From Verrucomicrobiota bacterium (GTDB lineage: Bacteria; Verrucomicrobiota; Kiritimatiellia; UBA8416; JAQBFJ01): a stretch of 62,270 nucleotides of DNA. Made by a program: the position numbers and the translations under genes. The notes under the pieces are model-generated. The model ran no database searches. It was given only the letters and a program-made list of their open reading frames with translations, and was not told where the DNA came from. The stretch covers positions 1-62,270 of the forward strand of contig JAQBFJ010000164.1 in NCBI GenBank assembly GCA_032123435.1, in the 5' to 3' direction. Every line of letters begins with the position of its first letter. The first letter of the stretch is position 1. Positions 20,236 to 29,445 of the stretch are shown one piece after another.

Positions 20236-21451
20236 CTAGTTTTGCCAGATCAGAAAGGAAGGTGGGCGGCCCCATGGCAACAAATCGTCCCTTGATATTG
20301 AGATCGGCATCGCGTTCGTCAATTTCGTAGCGATAGATATCTTTCAGGTCAATTTCATCATCTTTGATTCCTACCAGTTCCGTAATGTAGGTGATCTTTC
20401 TTGAGCCATCCAGAAGCTGTTCATGCTGAACAATAAGATCCAGGCCGGATTCAATCTGCTTGCGAATTGACCAGCTGGGTAAATCCAGCCCGGCATACAG
20501 GGCCAATGTCTCCAACCGCGTTATTGAATCCCGTGGCGTAGCGGCATGCAGGACAGCCAGTGTTCCCCTGTGTCCGCTGTTGAGTGCCTGGATATAGTCG
20601 AGTGCTTCCGCGCCTCTTACCTCGCCGAGGATTATCCTGGACGGGCTCATTCTAAGCGCGTTCGTAAACAGGAACCGTGTGCCCACATAGCCGTTGCCTT
20701 GGGCATCGGCCGGACGCGTAAGGAGCCTTACTATATTGCCCGGGCCCATGTTGAGTTCCAGGGTATCTTCAATGGTAATGACGCGGTCTGTTTCTTCTAT
20801 GTAGGGGGACAGAATATTGATCGTTGTCGTTTTCCCGGTCCCTGTGGCACCGGCAAAAAGGATGTTCAACTTGCCGCGCAGGCATCCGACAAGGAATTCT
20901 GCCATGCGGACATCGAGTGTGCCCAGATTTATTATATCCTCCAAGGTTTTTATTGAGTGGACCAGCTTTCTGATCGTAATGGAGATACCGTCCACGGAAA
21001 GCGGCGGGATAGTGATATTGACGCGAGAGCCGTCGGGCAGAGAAACGTCCGCGCAGGGCGACTCATTGTCGACTCTCCTGCCGGTGGCATGTACCATCTT
21101 GTTGATCATGTAACACATGTGATCTTCATCATCGAACCTCGCCGAAGAGAGCATTTTATGGCCGTTTTTTTCTACGTAGATTTTATAAGGGCCGTTGGCC
21201 ATTATTTCGTTGACGTACGGGTCGTCCAGAAAATCCTGTAGCGGGCCATAACCCGCGAAGTCATCACATAGAGACTTGACCGCAGAAGCCACCACATCCG
21301 GCTCCAGAATGGATCCACCGTTCTGCCATTCGCCAAGGAGATTATACATCCTTGATTCCAGGTACTCCCTGTCAACCTGGTTCCAGCCGTCGGTAAGGTA
21401 TGATGTTTCCTTGCGCAGCTTACGTTTGATATCAAATATATTCATATGCAC
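20204..21451 (-). CDS. cpaF: CpaF/TadA family type II/IV secretion-system ATPase
   Basis: GPLQDFLDDPYVNEIMANG, Walker A GATGTGKTT, ITIEDTLEL, Walker B RIILGEVRGAEA, and His box NSGHRGTLAVLHA. Confidence 0.9.
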   Translation of the reverse strand: MHMNIFDIKRKLRKETSYLTDGWNQVDREYLESRMYNLLGEWQNGGSILEPDVVASAVKSLCDDFAGYGPLQDFLDDPYVNEIMANGPYKIYVEKNGHKMLSSARFDDEDHMCYMINKMVHATGRRVDNESPCADVSLPDGSRVNITIPPLSVDGISITIRKLVHSIKTLEDIINLGTLDVRMAEFLVGCLRGKLNILFAGATGTGKTTTINILSPYIEETDRVITIEDTLELNMGPGNIVRLLTRPADAQGNGYVGTRFLFTNALRMSPSRIILGEVRGAEALDYIQALNSGHRGTLAVLHAATPRDSITRLETLALYAGLDLPSWSIRKQIESGLDLIVQHEQLLDGSRKITYITELVGIKDDEIDLKDIYRYEIDERDADLNIKGRFVAMGPPTFLSDLAKLGIQMDDSLFI

Positions 21452-21920
21452 ATTCCACTTTGGGAAGAATATATGAAATACACTAATATGGCAAACCCAT
21501 AGATTTACTAATATTGCACCGCACCGAATACCGCCACTGACGCGGCATTTTCAGGCCCTAAAACAAGTAGGACGTAAGCCGGGCGTGGTTTTCCGCGTAC
21601 CGTCCGGCGCGTGGCTAGCGCGAATTATTCATGAAAAACCTGTTACGAGTGCGGATAACACCATCAGTATTGGCCGAATCGGCAACATGCGACTTTGCAG
21701 TATGTCGATACAGCATCATCCGCATATTGCCAAGTTCAGCCGGATTCCACAAGCATTTTGAGTTTTCTCAACCGACAGTAACAGCCATTCCTGTCTTCAA
21801 TCCCAATATTGATGCCGCTTCCCGCTGGATCAAGCCTCTGTATCTGCACAGCGTCAGGCTTGACACGAACTCAGCGTATATGCATAGTTTAATTTATGCC
21901 TGTTTAAAAGAGGAATGGTT

Positions 21921-22979
21921 ATGATAAAAGCTAAAATAATCGGTGCCGGCGGATATGGCGGTGTAGGTATCGCCGAACTGCTTGCCAGACATCCGGAAGC
22001 TGAAATAAGTGTTCTGGTAGACGTTGAAAACGCAGGAAAACCAATCAGTGAACTCTACCCTCATCTGGCAGGATTTCTGGATATGCCGATCATCGATCCG
22101 GCCGATGCATCCGCTAACGGGCCAGCAGATGTTGTATTCATGGCCACTCCCGATGGAGTAGGAATGAAACTTGCCCTTGGCGAAATCGCTAAAGGCGCTA
22201 AGATCGTAGATTACAGCGGCGACTTCAGATTCAATTCTGAAGAAGCATACGCCCAATATGCCGGCAGGATCGGTAGATCCACTGATCATTTATCACCTCA
22301 GCTTTTATCTGATGCCGTATACGGACTGCCGGAACTGCATCGAGCCGAGATAACTGCCAACACGAAGGTTATCGGCAATCCCGGCTGTTTCGCCGTAAGC
22401 TGTATATTGGGTCTTGCACCGGCAGTTAAGAACGGTCTCATTGAAGACAATAGTATCATCTGTGACTGCAAGACCGGTGTATCAGGAGCGGGCAAGAACC
22501 CAAACGCGGCATTTCATTATCCAGCCAGATACGACAACATGAACGCTTACAAGCTTACCGGTCATCAGCATATATGTGAAATTGAACGGGAACTCGCCCT
22601 GCTTGCCAAAAAGGATGTGCGAATAACTTTCACAGCGCAGATTGTCCCGGTTTGTCGAGGCATAATGTCCACGCTCTACGCTAATCTGGCAACCGGAATA
22701 GATGGGTCTGAACTGGCGGCTATTTACAGAACATTTTATGAGAAAGATGTTTTCGTACGGGTTTACGACCATGCGGCGGCAATCGGTTCAATTCATGTGC
22801 GGGGTACAAATTACTGCAACCTTGTCGTGAGCGTTGACACTCACACAAACAGGCTCAGGGTGGTCTCTTATATTGATAATCTCGTGAAAGGCCAGGCCGG
22901 TTCCGCGTTGCAAAATATGAATCTTATGTTTAATCTGCCGGAAACAGCAGGATTGGACAAACCCGGTATATATCCATGA
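21921..22979 (+). CDS. argC: N-acetyl-gamma-glutamyl-phosphate reductase
   Basis: MIKAKIIGAGGYGGVGIAELLARHPE, active-site GNPGCFAVS, and C-terminal DNLVKGQAGSALQNMNLMF. Start chosen at the ATG 6 nt after AGAGGA; an in-frame ATG also exists at 21915. Confidence 0.9.
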   Translation: MIKAKIIGAGGYGGVGIAELLARHPEAEISVLVDVENAGKPISELYPHLAGFLDMPIIDPADASANGPADVVFMATPDGVGMKLALGEIAKGAKIVDYSGDFRFNSEEAYAQYAGRIGRSTDHLSPQLLSDAVYGLPELHRAEITANTKVIGNPGCFAVSCILGLAPAVKNGLIEDNSIICDCKTGVSGAGKNPNAAFHYPARYDNMNAYKLTGHQHICEIERELALLAKKDVRITFTAQIVPVCRGIMSTLYANLATGIDGSELAAIYRTFYEKDVFVRVYDHAAAIGSIHVRGTNYCNLVVSVDTHTNRLRVVSYIDNLVKGQAGSALQNMNLMFNLPETAGLDKPGIYP

Positions 22980-23059
22980 TATATGCCGCTGAAGGTATGA
23001 GATATTGCGGTTAACTATCGGAATTTTTCCGGATCTTACAACAGAAGGAGATGAACAGC

Positions 23060-23500
23060 ATGAATAATACGAACACAAACACAAAAACGATCATAGCGGA
23101 AGACGTCGAAATCACGGGTTCAATAAAGTGCGCGAGCAGTATTCAGCTTGACGGCAAACTTAATGGCGACATCAACTGCTCGGGCAACGCGACGCTGGGC
23201 ACATCGGCCAATGTGAAAGGTAATATTACTGTCGAGTCAATTACCGTAAACGGTCAGATTAACGGCAATATAACCGCCAAGGATCGCATAGAATTGAAAG
23301 CGTCCGCAAAGGTCATTGGAGATATACGAGCAAAGCGTTTAACTGTTGAAGATGGTGTTTCTTTTGTGGGCAAATCTGAAGTGAATCCATCCGGCACGTC
23401 AACTGCCAAGACGCATATCGATTCCCCGTCTTCTGCACAGGAAATTGTTCCTGATGAAGATAATAAGGAAAGATCAAGCGGTCTTTTCGGCAAGAAGTAA
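23060..23500 (+). CDS. Bactofilin family polymer-forming cytoskeletal protein
   Basis: Beta-helical repeats IIAEDVEITGSIKC..LDGKLNGDINCSG..VKGNITVESITVNGQINGNITA..KVIGDIRAKRLTVEDGVSFVG. GGAG lies 9 nt before this ATG; an alternative ATG is at 23051. Confidence 0.85.
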   Translation: MNNTNTNTKTIIAEDVEITGSIKCASSIQLDGKLNGDINCSGNATLGTSANVKGNITVESITVNGQINGNITAKDRIELKASAKVIGDIRAKRLTVEDGVSFVGKSEVNPSGTSTAKTHIDSPSSAQEIVPDEDNKERSSGLFGKK

Positions 23501-23566
23501 GCGGGGCATCTATTGCCTCGCGGCAAGAGATTTTTCGTGTCGGCACTCAGCATGTGGAGGCAATGA

Positions 23567-24316
23567 GTGGTCCGGTCAAACAAACCAAAGGTCATTGATG
23601 GATTTTCCTCAATCCAGGCAGTGCGTCATTCCGGGCATGTGCCCGATAAGCCGCGTACCAGGCCTTCCGGGACAAAACTTCCCGATCCAGCGCAAAAACA
23701 GAAAACCAACGAGCCCGGCAAATCGGCAACGCGCATAGGAAGCACCATTCTGCCCGACAAACATGACATTACATGCTATCAATGCGGTTATGAATTTCTT
23801 CTTACAGGTAAAATAACCACCACTTTCTGCCCTAAATGCCGTGAACAGTTTGATATTACCAACCATGTTATTGACAAAACACGGTCGGGGACTATAAGAA
23901 CTATCGGGACAGTTGAAATAAAACCCGAAGGTTTGCTTCAAAACACGCATATTACGGCTGGCAAAGTAATTATCGCCGGCGACGCCAGGGACAGCGTCAT
24001 AAACGCAACGAGCGTGCTTGAGATCTGCCCAGGGGCCCTGTTCAACATGGCGAATATTACCATAAAGGATCTATTGATCCGGAATGGAAGCAAGGTTAAT
24101 ATACCCCAAAAGGTAATTTGCAGAAATCTTACAGTTGAAGGGGATCTTAAAGGTAGAACATTTGTCTGTGATTCAACTGTAATAAAAACCAACGGTTACT
24201 TCAGAGGCAAACTTATTACCGGCAGGCTCCTGATTGAAGAAGGCGGCGGAATGAGCGCAGAACTGCAAATAGAGAAAGATATAAAGAAAACAACCGAAAA
24301 ACGACGGATCATCTAA
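23567..24316 (+). CDS. Zinc-ribbon / bactofilin-domain fusion protein
   Basis: GTG start 6 nt after GGAGG. Basic Pro-rich N-terminus, CxxC...CxxC ribbon (CYQCGYEF...FCPKCREQF), then bactofilin-like beta-helix repeats (ITAGKVIIAGDARDSVINATSVLEI...CRNLTVEGDLKGRTFV). Confidence 0.75.
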   Translation: MVRSNKPKVIDGFSSIQAVRHSGHVPDKPRTRPSGTKLPDPAQKQKTNEPGKSATRIGSTILPDKHDITCYQCGYEFLLTGKITTTFCPKCREQFDITNHVIDKTRSGTIRTIGTVEIKPEGLLQNTHITAGKVIIAGDARDSVINATSVLEICPGALFNMANITIKDLLIRNGSKVNIPQKVICRNLTVEGDLKGRTFVCDSTVIKTNGYFRGKLITGRLLIEEGGGMSAELQIEKDIKKTTEKRRII

Positions 24317-24340
24317 ACAAGATGCCAGGAGGATCAGGTA

Positions 24341-25252
24341 ATGGCTGCTAAAAAGCGCAAACATGGATTAGGACGCGGACTTAACGCGCTCATAAATGAC
24401 CATAACGACAATCAGAAAACCGAGGTGCCTGCCAACACCGGCAACAGTATGCTCACCGTATCAGTCGACAAAATTAATAAGAACCAGTTCCAACCGCGCC
24501 ATGTATTTGACGAAACCGCACTTCAGGAACTGGCTCAATCAATATCCGAACACGGCGTGCTCCAGCCTCTTATCGTAAGAACAGCAGAAGACGGCTACGA
24601 ACTCATAGCCGGTGAACGAAGACTCGCCGCCTCTATCGAAGCAGGTTTAACAGAAGTGCCCGTTATTGTTATAGAAGCGCTTGACAGCGAAGCGCTTGAA
24701 CTGGCGCTCGTCGAAAACCTGCAGAGAGAAGACCTGAACATCCTGGAAGAAGCCGAAGGTTACCAGATGCTTGTCACGAGATTCGGTCTGACGCAGGAAC
24801 AAATTGCTGAACGTGTCGGCAAAGCCCGCGTTTCTGTAACAAATACCATGCGCATACTCAGCCTGCCCCATGAAATAAAGGCGATGCTTTCTGCCGGCTC
24901 CTTGACTGCCGGACATGCTAAAATCATATCAGGCCTGGAACTGGAAGAGGAACAACTGCTATACGCGCGAAAAACTGTAAATGAAAATCTTTCCGTCAGG
25001 AATCTGGAAAAGCTTATCCAGAAAGTACGAAGAATGCCGCGTAAACCGCGCGCGTCACATGATGATATTCCAGGTAGTCATATAACTTATCTGTCGGAAA
25101 AACTGCATTCCCATTTCAGCACCGCGGTTAGAATCACATCTTGCAAAACATACGCGAACGGCAAGAAAGGCAAAGGCACGGTCGAGCTGGACTTTTATTC
25201 GAACGAAGATCTTGATCGGATCCTGGATTTGTTCGACCTGGAATTCGAATAG
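24341..25252 (+). CDS. parB: ParB/Spo0J chromosome partitioning protein
   Basis: AGGAGG Shine-Dalgarno. GLGRGLNALI, box I LAQSISEHGVLQPLIVR, box II LIAGERRLAAS, and HTH TQEQIAERVGKARVSVTNTMRIL. Confidence 0.9.
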   Translation: MAAKKRKHGLGRGLNALINDHNDNQKTEVPANTGNSMLTVSVDKINKNQFQPRHVFDETALQELAQSISEHGVLQPLIVRTAEDGYELIAGERRLAASIEAGLTEVPVIVIEALDSEALELALVENLQREDLNILEEAEGYQMLVTRFGLTQEQIAERVGKARVSVTNTMRILSLPHEIKAMLSAGSLTAGHAKIISGLELEEEQLLYARKTVNENLSVRNLEKLIQKVRRMPRKPRASHDDIPGSHITYLSEKLHSHFSTAVRITSCKTYANGKKGKGTVELDFYSNEDLDRILDLFDLEFE

Positions 25253-25268
25253 TACGCAGATCACATGA

Positions 25269-26387
25269 TCATGACTGCCGTGCTTCCGGGTAAAGTTTCA
25301 TGAGGCTTTCTTCGCTTGCCCCGCAAATGCCGCGATCAGTTATAAAAGCCGTAACCAGCCGTGCCTGTGTAATATCAAAGGCATAATTTGCCGCCGGACT
25401 ATCCTTGGGAGTTAGCAGAACCGTCTCAATGGAATCGCCTACAGCACCTTGAATATATTTTACTTCATTTTCATCCCGCTGTTCGACCGGCACTTCCCGG
25501 AGACCGTCGCGCATTGTCCAGTCAAAAGAAGACGAAGGCAAAGCAACATAGAACGGAATGTCGTTATCATATGCCGCCAAAGCCTTGAGATAAGTGCCTA
25601 TTTTATTAGCGACATCGCCGATTCGTGTCACGCGATCTGCGCCGGTAATGACCATATCGACCATGCCGTTCTGCATGAGATGTCCGCCGGCATTATCCAC
25701 AATAACGGTATGCGGCACACCGTTCTGCTGCATTTCCCACGCAGTGAGGCGTGCGCCCTGATTACGCGGACGTGTCTCGTCAACCCATACATGGACCGGT
25801 ATACCGGCATCATGAGCGGCATACACAGGCGATGTTGCGGATCCGTAATCGACCAGCGCGAGCCAGCCGGCATTGCAGTGGGTCAGAATATTCACCGGCT
25901 CGCCCTGTTTCTGTTCTGCGATCTTTTCGATAATAGCAAGACCATTCAGACCAATCCGGCGTCCCCACTCTGCATCTTCATCGGCAATAGTATCTGCGGT
26001 TCTGCGGGCGATGGCGATTTTGGCATCAATCGAATCAACATCGGCAATCGCGGCAAGCTGACGGCGAACGGCCCATTCCAGGTTAACCGCCGTTGGGCGT
26101 GTAGCTATTAAAGCATTCGCGCTTTTCTGTACAGCGGTCATGAAATCATTCTCATTAGCCACAGCCGCTTCCAGAGCGGCAAGGTACATACCGTATCCGG
26201 CACCAGCTCCTATCACACCCGCGCCGCGGATATGCATCTCCCTTATAGCGCAGGCCATATCAGACACGGTGCACAGATCTTCGATGACAAACCTGTGCGG
26301 CAAGTGACGCTGATCTATGACCCTGATTACCTTATCATTATTCTCAGCAACCCAGATTGTGCGATAATGTTTGCCGTCAACTTTCAT
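25269..26387 (-). CDS. mtnA: S-methyl-5-thioribose-1-phosphate isomerase (eIF-2B alpha/beta/delta family)
   Basis: VIDQRHLPHRFVIEDL, AIREMHIRGAGVIGAGAGYG, ATRPTAVNL, THCNAGWLA and GADRV motifs of the MtnA/eIF2B-like family. Confidence 0.8.
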   Translation of the reverse strand: MKVDGKHYRTIWVAENNDKVIRVIDQRHLPHRFVIEDLCTVSDMACAIREMHIRGAGVIGAGAGYGMYLAALEAAVANENDFMTAVQKSANALIATRPTAVNLEWAVRRQLAAIADVDSIDAKIAIARRTADTIADEDAEWGRRIGLNGLAIIEKIAEQKQGEPVNILTHCNAGWLALVDYGSATSPVYAAHDAGIPVHVWVDETRPRNQGARLTAWEMQQNGVPHTVIVDNAGGHLMQNGMVDMVITGADRVTRIGDVANKIGTYLKALAAYDNDIPFYVALPSSSFDWTMRDGLREVPVEQRDENEVKYIQGAVGDSIETVLLTPKDSPAANYAFDITQARLVTAFITDRGICGASEESLMKLYPEARQS

Positions 26388-26577
26388 TGTTCATCCTTAA
26401 TTCTGGTATTATCCCTGTTATATTTCATCCGTCCAGTGTTTAAAACAAGTCATGTAATTTACAAAATGCGCCTCTTTCTGGCAATTTTTAATGCCTATTA
26501 CGACAGAAACAACTGTATCAGTTCATACTAAACATTGAATTCCAGCCCATATGTACATAATATGCCTGTCTGTCATT

Positions 26578-27924
26578 ATGAAAAAAAGTTCTCTTAAAGA
26601 AATAATAAAGCGTGACGGTAGTGTTGTGAAATATGATCGCAGCCGTATCGCCACGGCGATTCTCAAGGCTATCACGGCGACCACCGGCCGATTAAACCGG
26701 ACACTTGCCAATTCAACAGCAATCAAGGTGGAGCAGGCCCTTATCAAAACTTACTCATCAGGCACCACTCCGAGCGTGGAAGACATACAGGATATCGTCG
26801 AAAGCGTTCTGATGGAAAACCGTTTCAGCGGCATTGCGCGCAACTACATCATCTACCGGCACAATAGAGCAATGACGCGCGCCGCAAAAACATGTTCATT
26901 TCAGATAACCGACAATGTGCCCTACAAGAAAATATATGAAGTACTACGCTGGAATCTTGATCATCAATGCGATACGGTTTCCTCTCTGAACAAGCTTATC
27001 GCTCGCGGCAAATTCCCCGAACTGGTCAGAGAATCCGACGCCCGTTATACGGAAGAGACTGACCTGGCCGCGAATTTCATCGCGGCAAACGTTAAGAATA
27101 TCAGGGTAGTCATCGTGGCGGGCCCGTCATCATCGGGCAAAACAACAACCACAATCAAAATCGCCCAGCGCCTGAAACATTTCGGTATTGGCATCAAAAC
27201 AATCAACGTGGACAATTATTTCTATGATCTGGACGAACATCCTGTGGACCAGTTTGGCGACCGCAACTATGAGACCCCTGAAGCGCTGGATCTCGGCTTA
27301 ATCAACAGTCATCTCGTAAAACTGCTGGAAGGTAAGACCATTAAAACGCCACATTATGATTTCAAGACAGGTATCCGCCATCTTAATATCCATGAATTAC
27401 GGCTTCTAAAAAAAGAGATCCTGTTGATAGACAGTCTGCACGGCCTCCACGAGAACATGACTCGCAGTATACCGGATGAATCCAAATTCAGGGTTTATAT
27501 CGAAACACTTGGTCAGTTCAAAACGGAAGCAGGCACATTCATGCGATGGGCGGACAACCGATTACTGCGCCGCATGATCAGGGACAAACATCACAGGAAC
27601 CTGAAGCCCATGGAAACTCTGACTCACTGGCACTACGTGCGACGGAGCGAATTTGCTAACATCATACCGTTTGTGAACAAAAGTAATGTTATAATAAACA
27701 GCGCGCTCCCCTATGAACTGCCTATTCTCAAACACAGATTGTTCCGATACATAGCCGCATCTATTCATCGTTATGAGAACGATCCGTACAGGCTCGACGC
27801 GCATATCCGCGCCAATCGTGTTTATGAACTGTTAAAACCAATAAAGGTTGTGAGTAATACATCATGTCTGCCGCGAGATTCGCTTTTGCGTGAATTTGTC
27901 GGCGGAAGCAAATATAAATACTAG
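26578..27924 (+). CDS. ATP-cone domain fused to a uridine-kinase/PRK-like P-loop nucleoside kinase domain
   Basis: N-terminal ATP-cone (IIKRDGSVVKYDRSRIATAILKA...YIIYRH). Walker A VAGPSSSGKTTT, then NVDNYFYD, RNYETPEALD, PHYDFKTG and RRMIRDKHHR as in Udk-like kinases. Confidence 0.7.
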   Translation: MKKSSLKEIIKRDGSVVKYDRSRIATAILKAITATTGRLNRTLANSTAIKVEQALIKTYSSGTTPSVEDIQDIVESVLMENRFSGIARNYIIYRHNRAMTRAAKTCSFQITDNVPYKKIYEVLRWNLDHQCDTVSSLNKLIARGKFPELVRESDARYTEETDLAANFIAANVKNIRVVIVAGPSSSGKTTTTIKIAQRLKHFGIGIKTINVDNYFYDLDEHPVDQFGDRNYETPEALDLGLINSHLVKLLEGKTIKTPHYDFKTGIRHLNIHELRLLKKEILLIDSLHGLHENMTRSIPDESKFRVYIETLGQFKTEAGTFMRWADNRLLRRMIRDKHHRNLKPMETLTHWHYVRRSEFANIIPFVNKSNVIINSALPYELPILKHRLFRYIAASIHRYENDPYRLDAHIRANRVYELLKPIKVVSNTSCLPRDSLLREFVGGSKYKY

Positions 27925-27951
27925 TTATACCAGAATGATTTATCTTGCCCA

Positions 27952-28740
27952 ATGAACATAATGCAGACAATCGGAGCTCCTACACTCAAGAAGTGGCATG
28001 CCGTCCGCAGTGTTTCAATGGTGACATGGGGCATCTTAAGACTGGCAGCAGGCCGCGCGCACTGGACACGGCCGGTACGTGAACAGGTATCCAAACAGAT
28101 CCTGTTCACAGGCATTGATGCCATAGGCATTACCCTGTTGATCAGCACCCTGGCCGGCATTTCAGTGGTCGCACAGGTACAATTATGGTTAAGCAAGATC
28201 GGCCAATCAGCGATGCTGGGTAATATTCTGGTAACGGTTATAGCGCGTGAAATAGGCCCTTTGCTGGTTAATTTTCTTGTTATCGGCCGAAGCGGCACTG
28301 CTATTGCCGCCGAATTGGCGTACATGCGGGTAAGAAACGAAATTGATGTTTTGGAAGCACGCGGCATAGATCCCATGGTTTACCTCGTAATGCCGCGTGC
28401 AATCGGAACGCTTGTGTCGGTTTTCGGCCTGACAATTCTGTTCATATCCTTTTCCTTTGTCAGCGGATACGCATTCGGGTTCTTACTCGGTGTTACGCCG
28501 GGCGATCCTTCCCTATTCGCCAACAGTATTCTCAAAACACTGTTTCCCAGTGACATCATGAACCTGTGTGCAAAAACACTGATACCAGGCACTACAACAG
28601 CCGTTATCTGTTGTATAGAAGGATTGGGCGTGCGCGGCGCGGCAACAGACATACCGCGGGCCGTGACGGCAGGGGTGGTTAAATCAATAGCCGCGGTGTT
28701 GATTATCTCGGTTATTGTTTCGGTACTGACATATGGCTGA
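27952..28740 (+). CDS. mlaE: MlaE/Ttg2B family ABC transporter permease
   Basis: 262 aa. ILFTGIDAIGITLLISTLAGISVVAQ, VIAREIGPLLVNFLVIGRSGTAIAAELAYMRVRNEIDVLEARGIDP, typical of the MlaE permease. Confidence 0.85.
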   Translation: MNIMQTIGAPTLKKWHAVRSVSMVTWGILRLAAGRAHWTRPVREQVSKQILFTGIDAIGITLLISTLAGISVVAQVQLWLSKIGQSAMLGNILVTVIAREIGPLLVNFLVIGRSGTAIAAELAYMRVRNEIDVLEARGIDPMVYLVMPRAIGTLVSVFGLTILFISFSFVSGYAFGFLLGVTPGDPSLFANSILKTLFPSDIMNLCAKTLIPGTTTAVICCIEGLGVRGAATDIPRAVTAGVVKSIAAVLIISVIVSVLTYG

Positions 28741-29428
28741 ATACGTTAATACAATTTTAGAATTCAAAAACGTCAGGATGAAGCATGTTTCACATCAGAT
28801 GGCATGCCTATCCGACATCACATTCAAGATCGGGCCGGGCGACATCGTGCTCATACGACCTGATAACCGGCATATCCCCCTGCCCCTCTGCGACATGGCT
28901 GAAGGTCTTGTTGAACATGAAGGCACCGTCTCTTTCCTGGGAAAACTCTGGCCCGACCTCTCGCCGGACGCTCAATCGCAATTACGCGGACAAATCGGAC
29001 GGGTATTCCACGAACCAGGCTGGATCAGCAGTTTGAACATATATAACAACATAACATTGTCCTTACGACACCATACAGCCTTGCCCGAAGATACAATAAG
29101 AAAGGCAGTGAACGACCTGTCTGCGGCGGTAGGACTTGACCATGTGCCAGAGCTAAATCCAGACATGATTGACGGTGATTCTCTGCGAAGGTACGAATGG
29201 ATAAGCGCGTTCCTCGGCCAGCCGGATCTTGTCCTGCTTGAACAGCCGGAAGAGGGCGTGAACATCGTTCATTTTGATCGATTGATCGATCTTGTCCTGG
29301 CGCAACTGACCGCAGGCGGAGCAGTAATATGGATATCATCTGAACACCAGATATGGCAAAGCACCAGACTGCAACACGCGAAACGATATACAATACATAA
29401 TGGGAAAATGAAAAATCATGATTCATGA
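28733..29428 (+). CDS. ABC nucleotide-binding-domain-like protein in the MlaF position, catalytic motifs degenerate
   Basis: 8-bp overlap with the mlaE stop. NBD-like layout, but the Walker A position reads LIRPDNRHIPLP, the signature position IDGDSLRRY, the Walker B position LVLLEQPEEG, and the H-loop position ISSEHQ. Confidence 0.7.
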   Translation: MAEYVNTILEFKNVRMKHVSHQMACLSDITFKIGPGDIVLIRPDNRHIPLPLCDMAEGLVEHEGTVSFLGKLWPDLSPDAQSQLRGQIGRVFHEPGWISSLNIYNNITLSLRHHTALPEDTIRKAVNDLSAAVGLDHVPELNPDMIDGDSLRRYEWISAFLGQPDLVLLEQPEEGVNIVHFDRLIDLVLAQLTAGGAVIWISSEHQIWQSTRLQHAKRYTIHNGKMKNHDS

Positions 29429-29445
29429 CATTAGAGGAGTAAACA

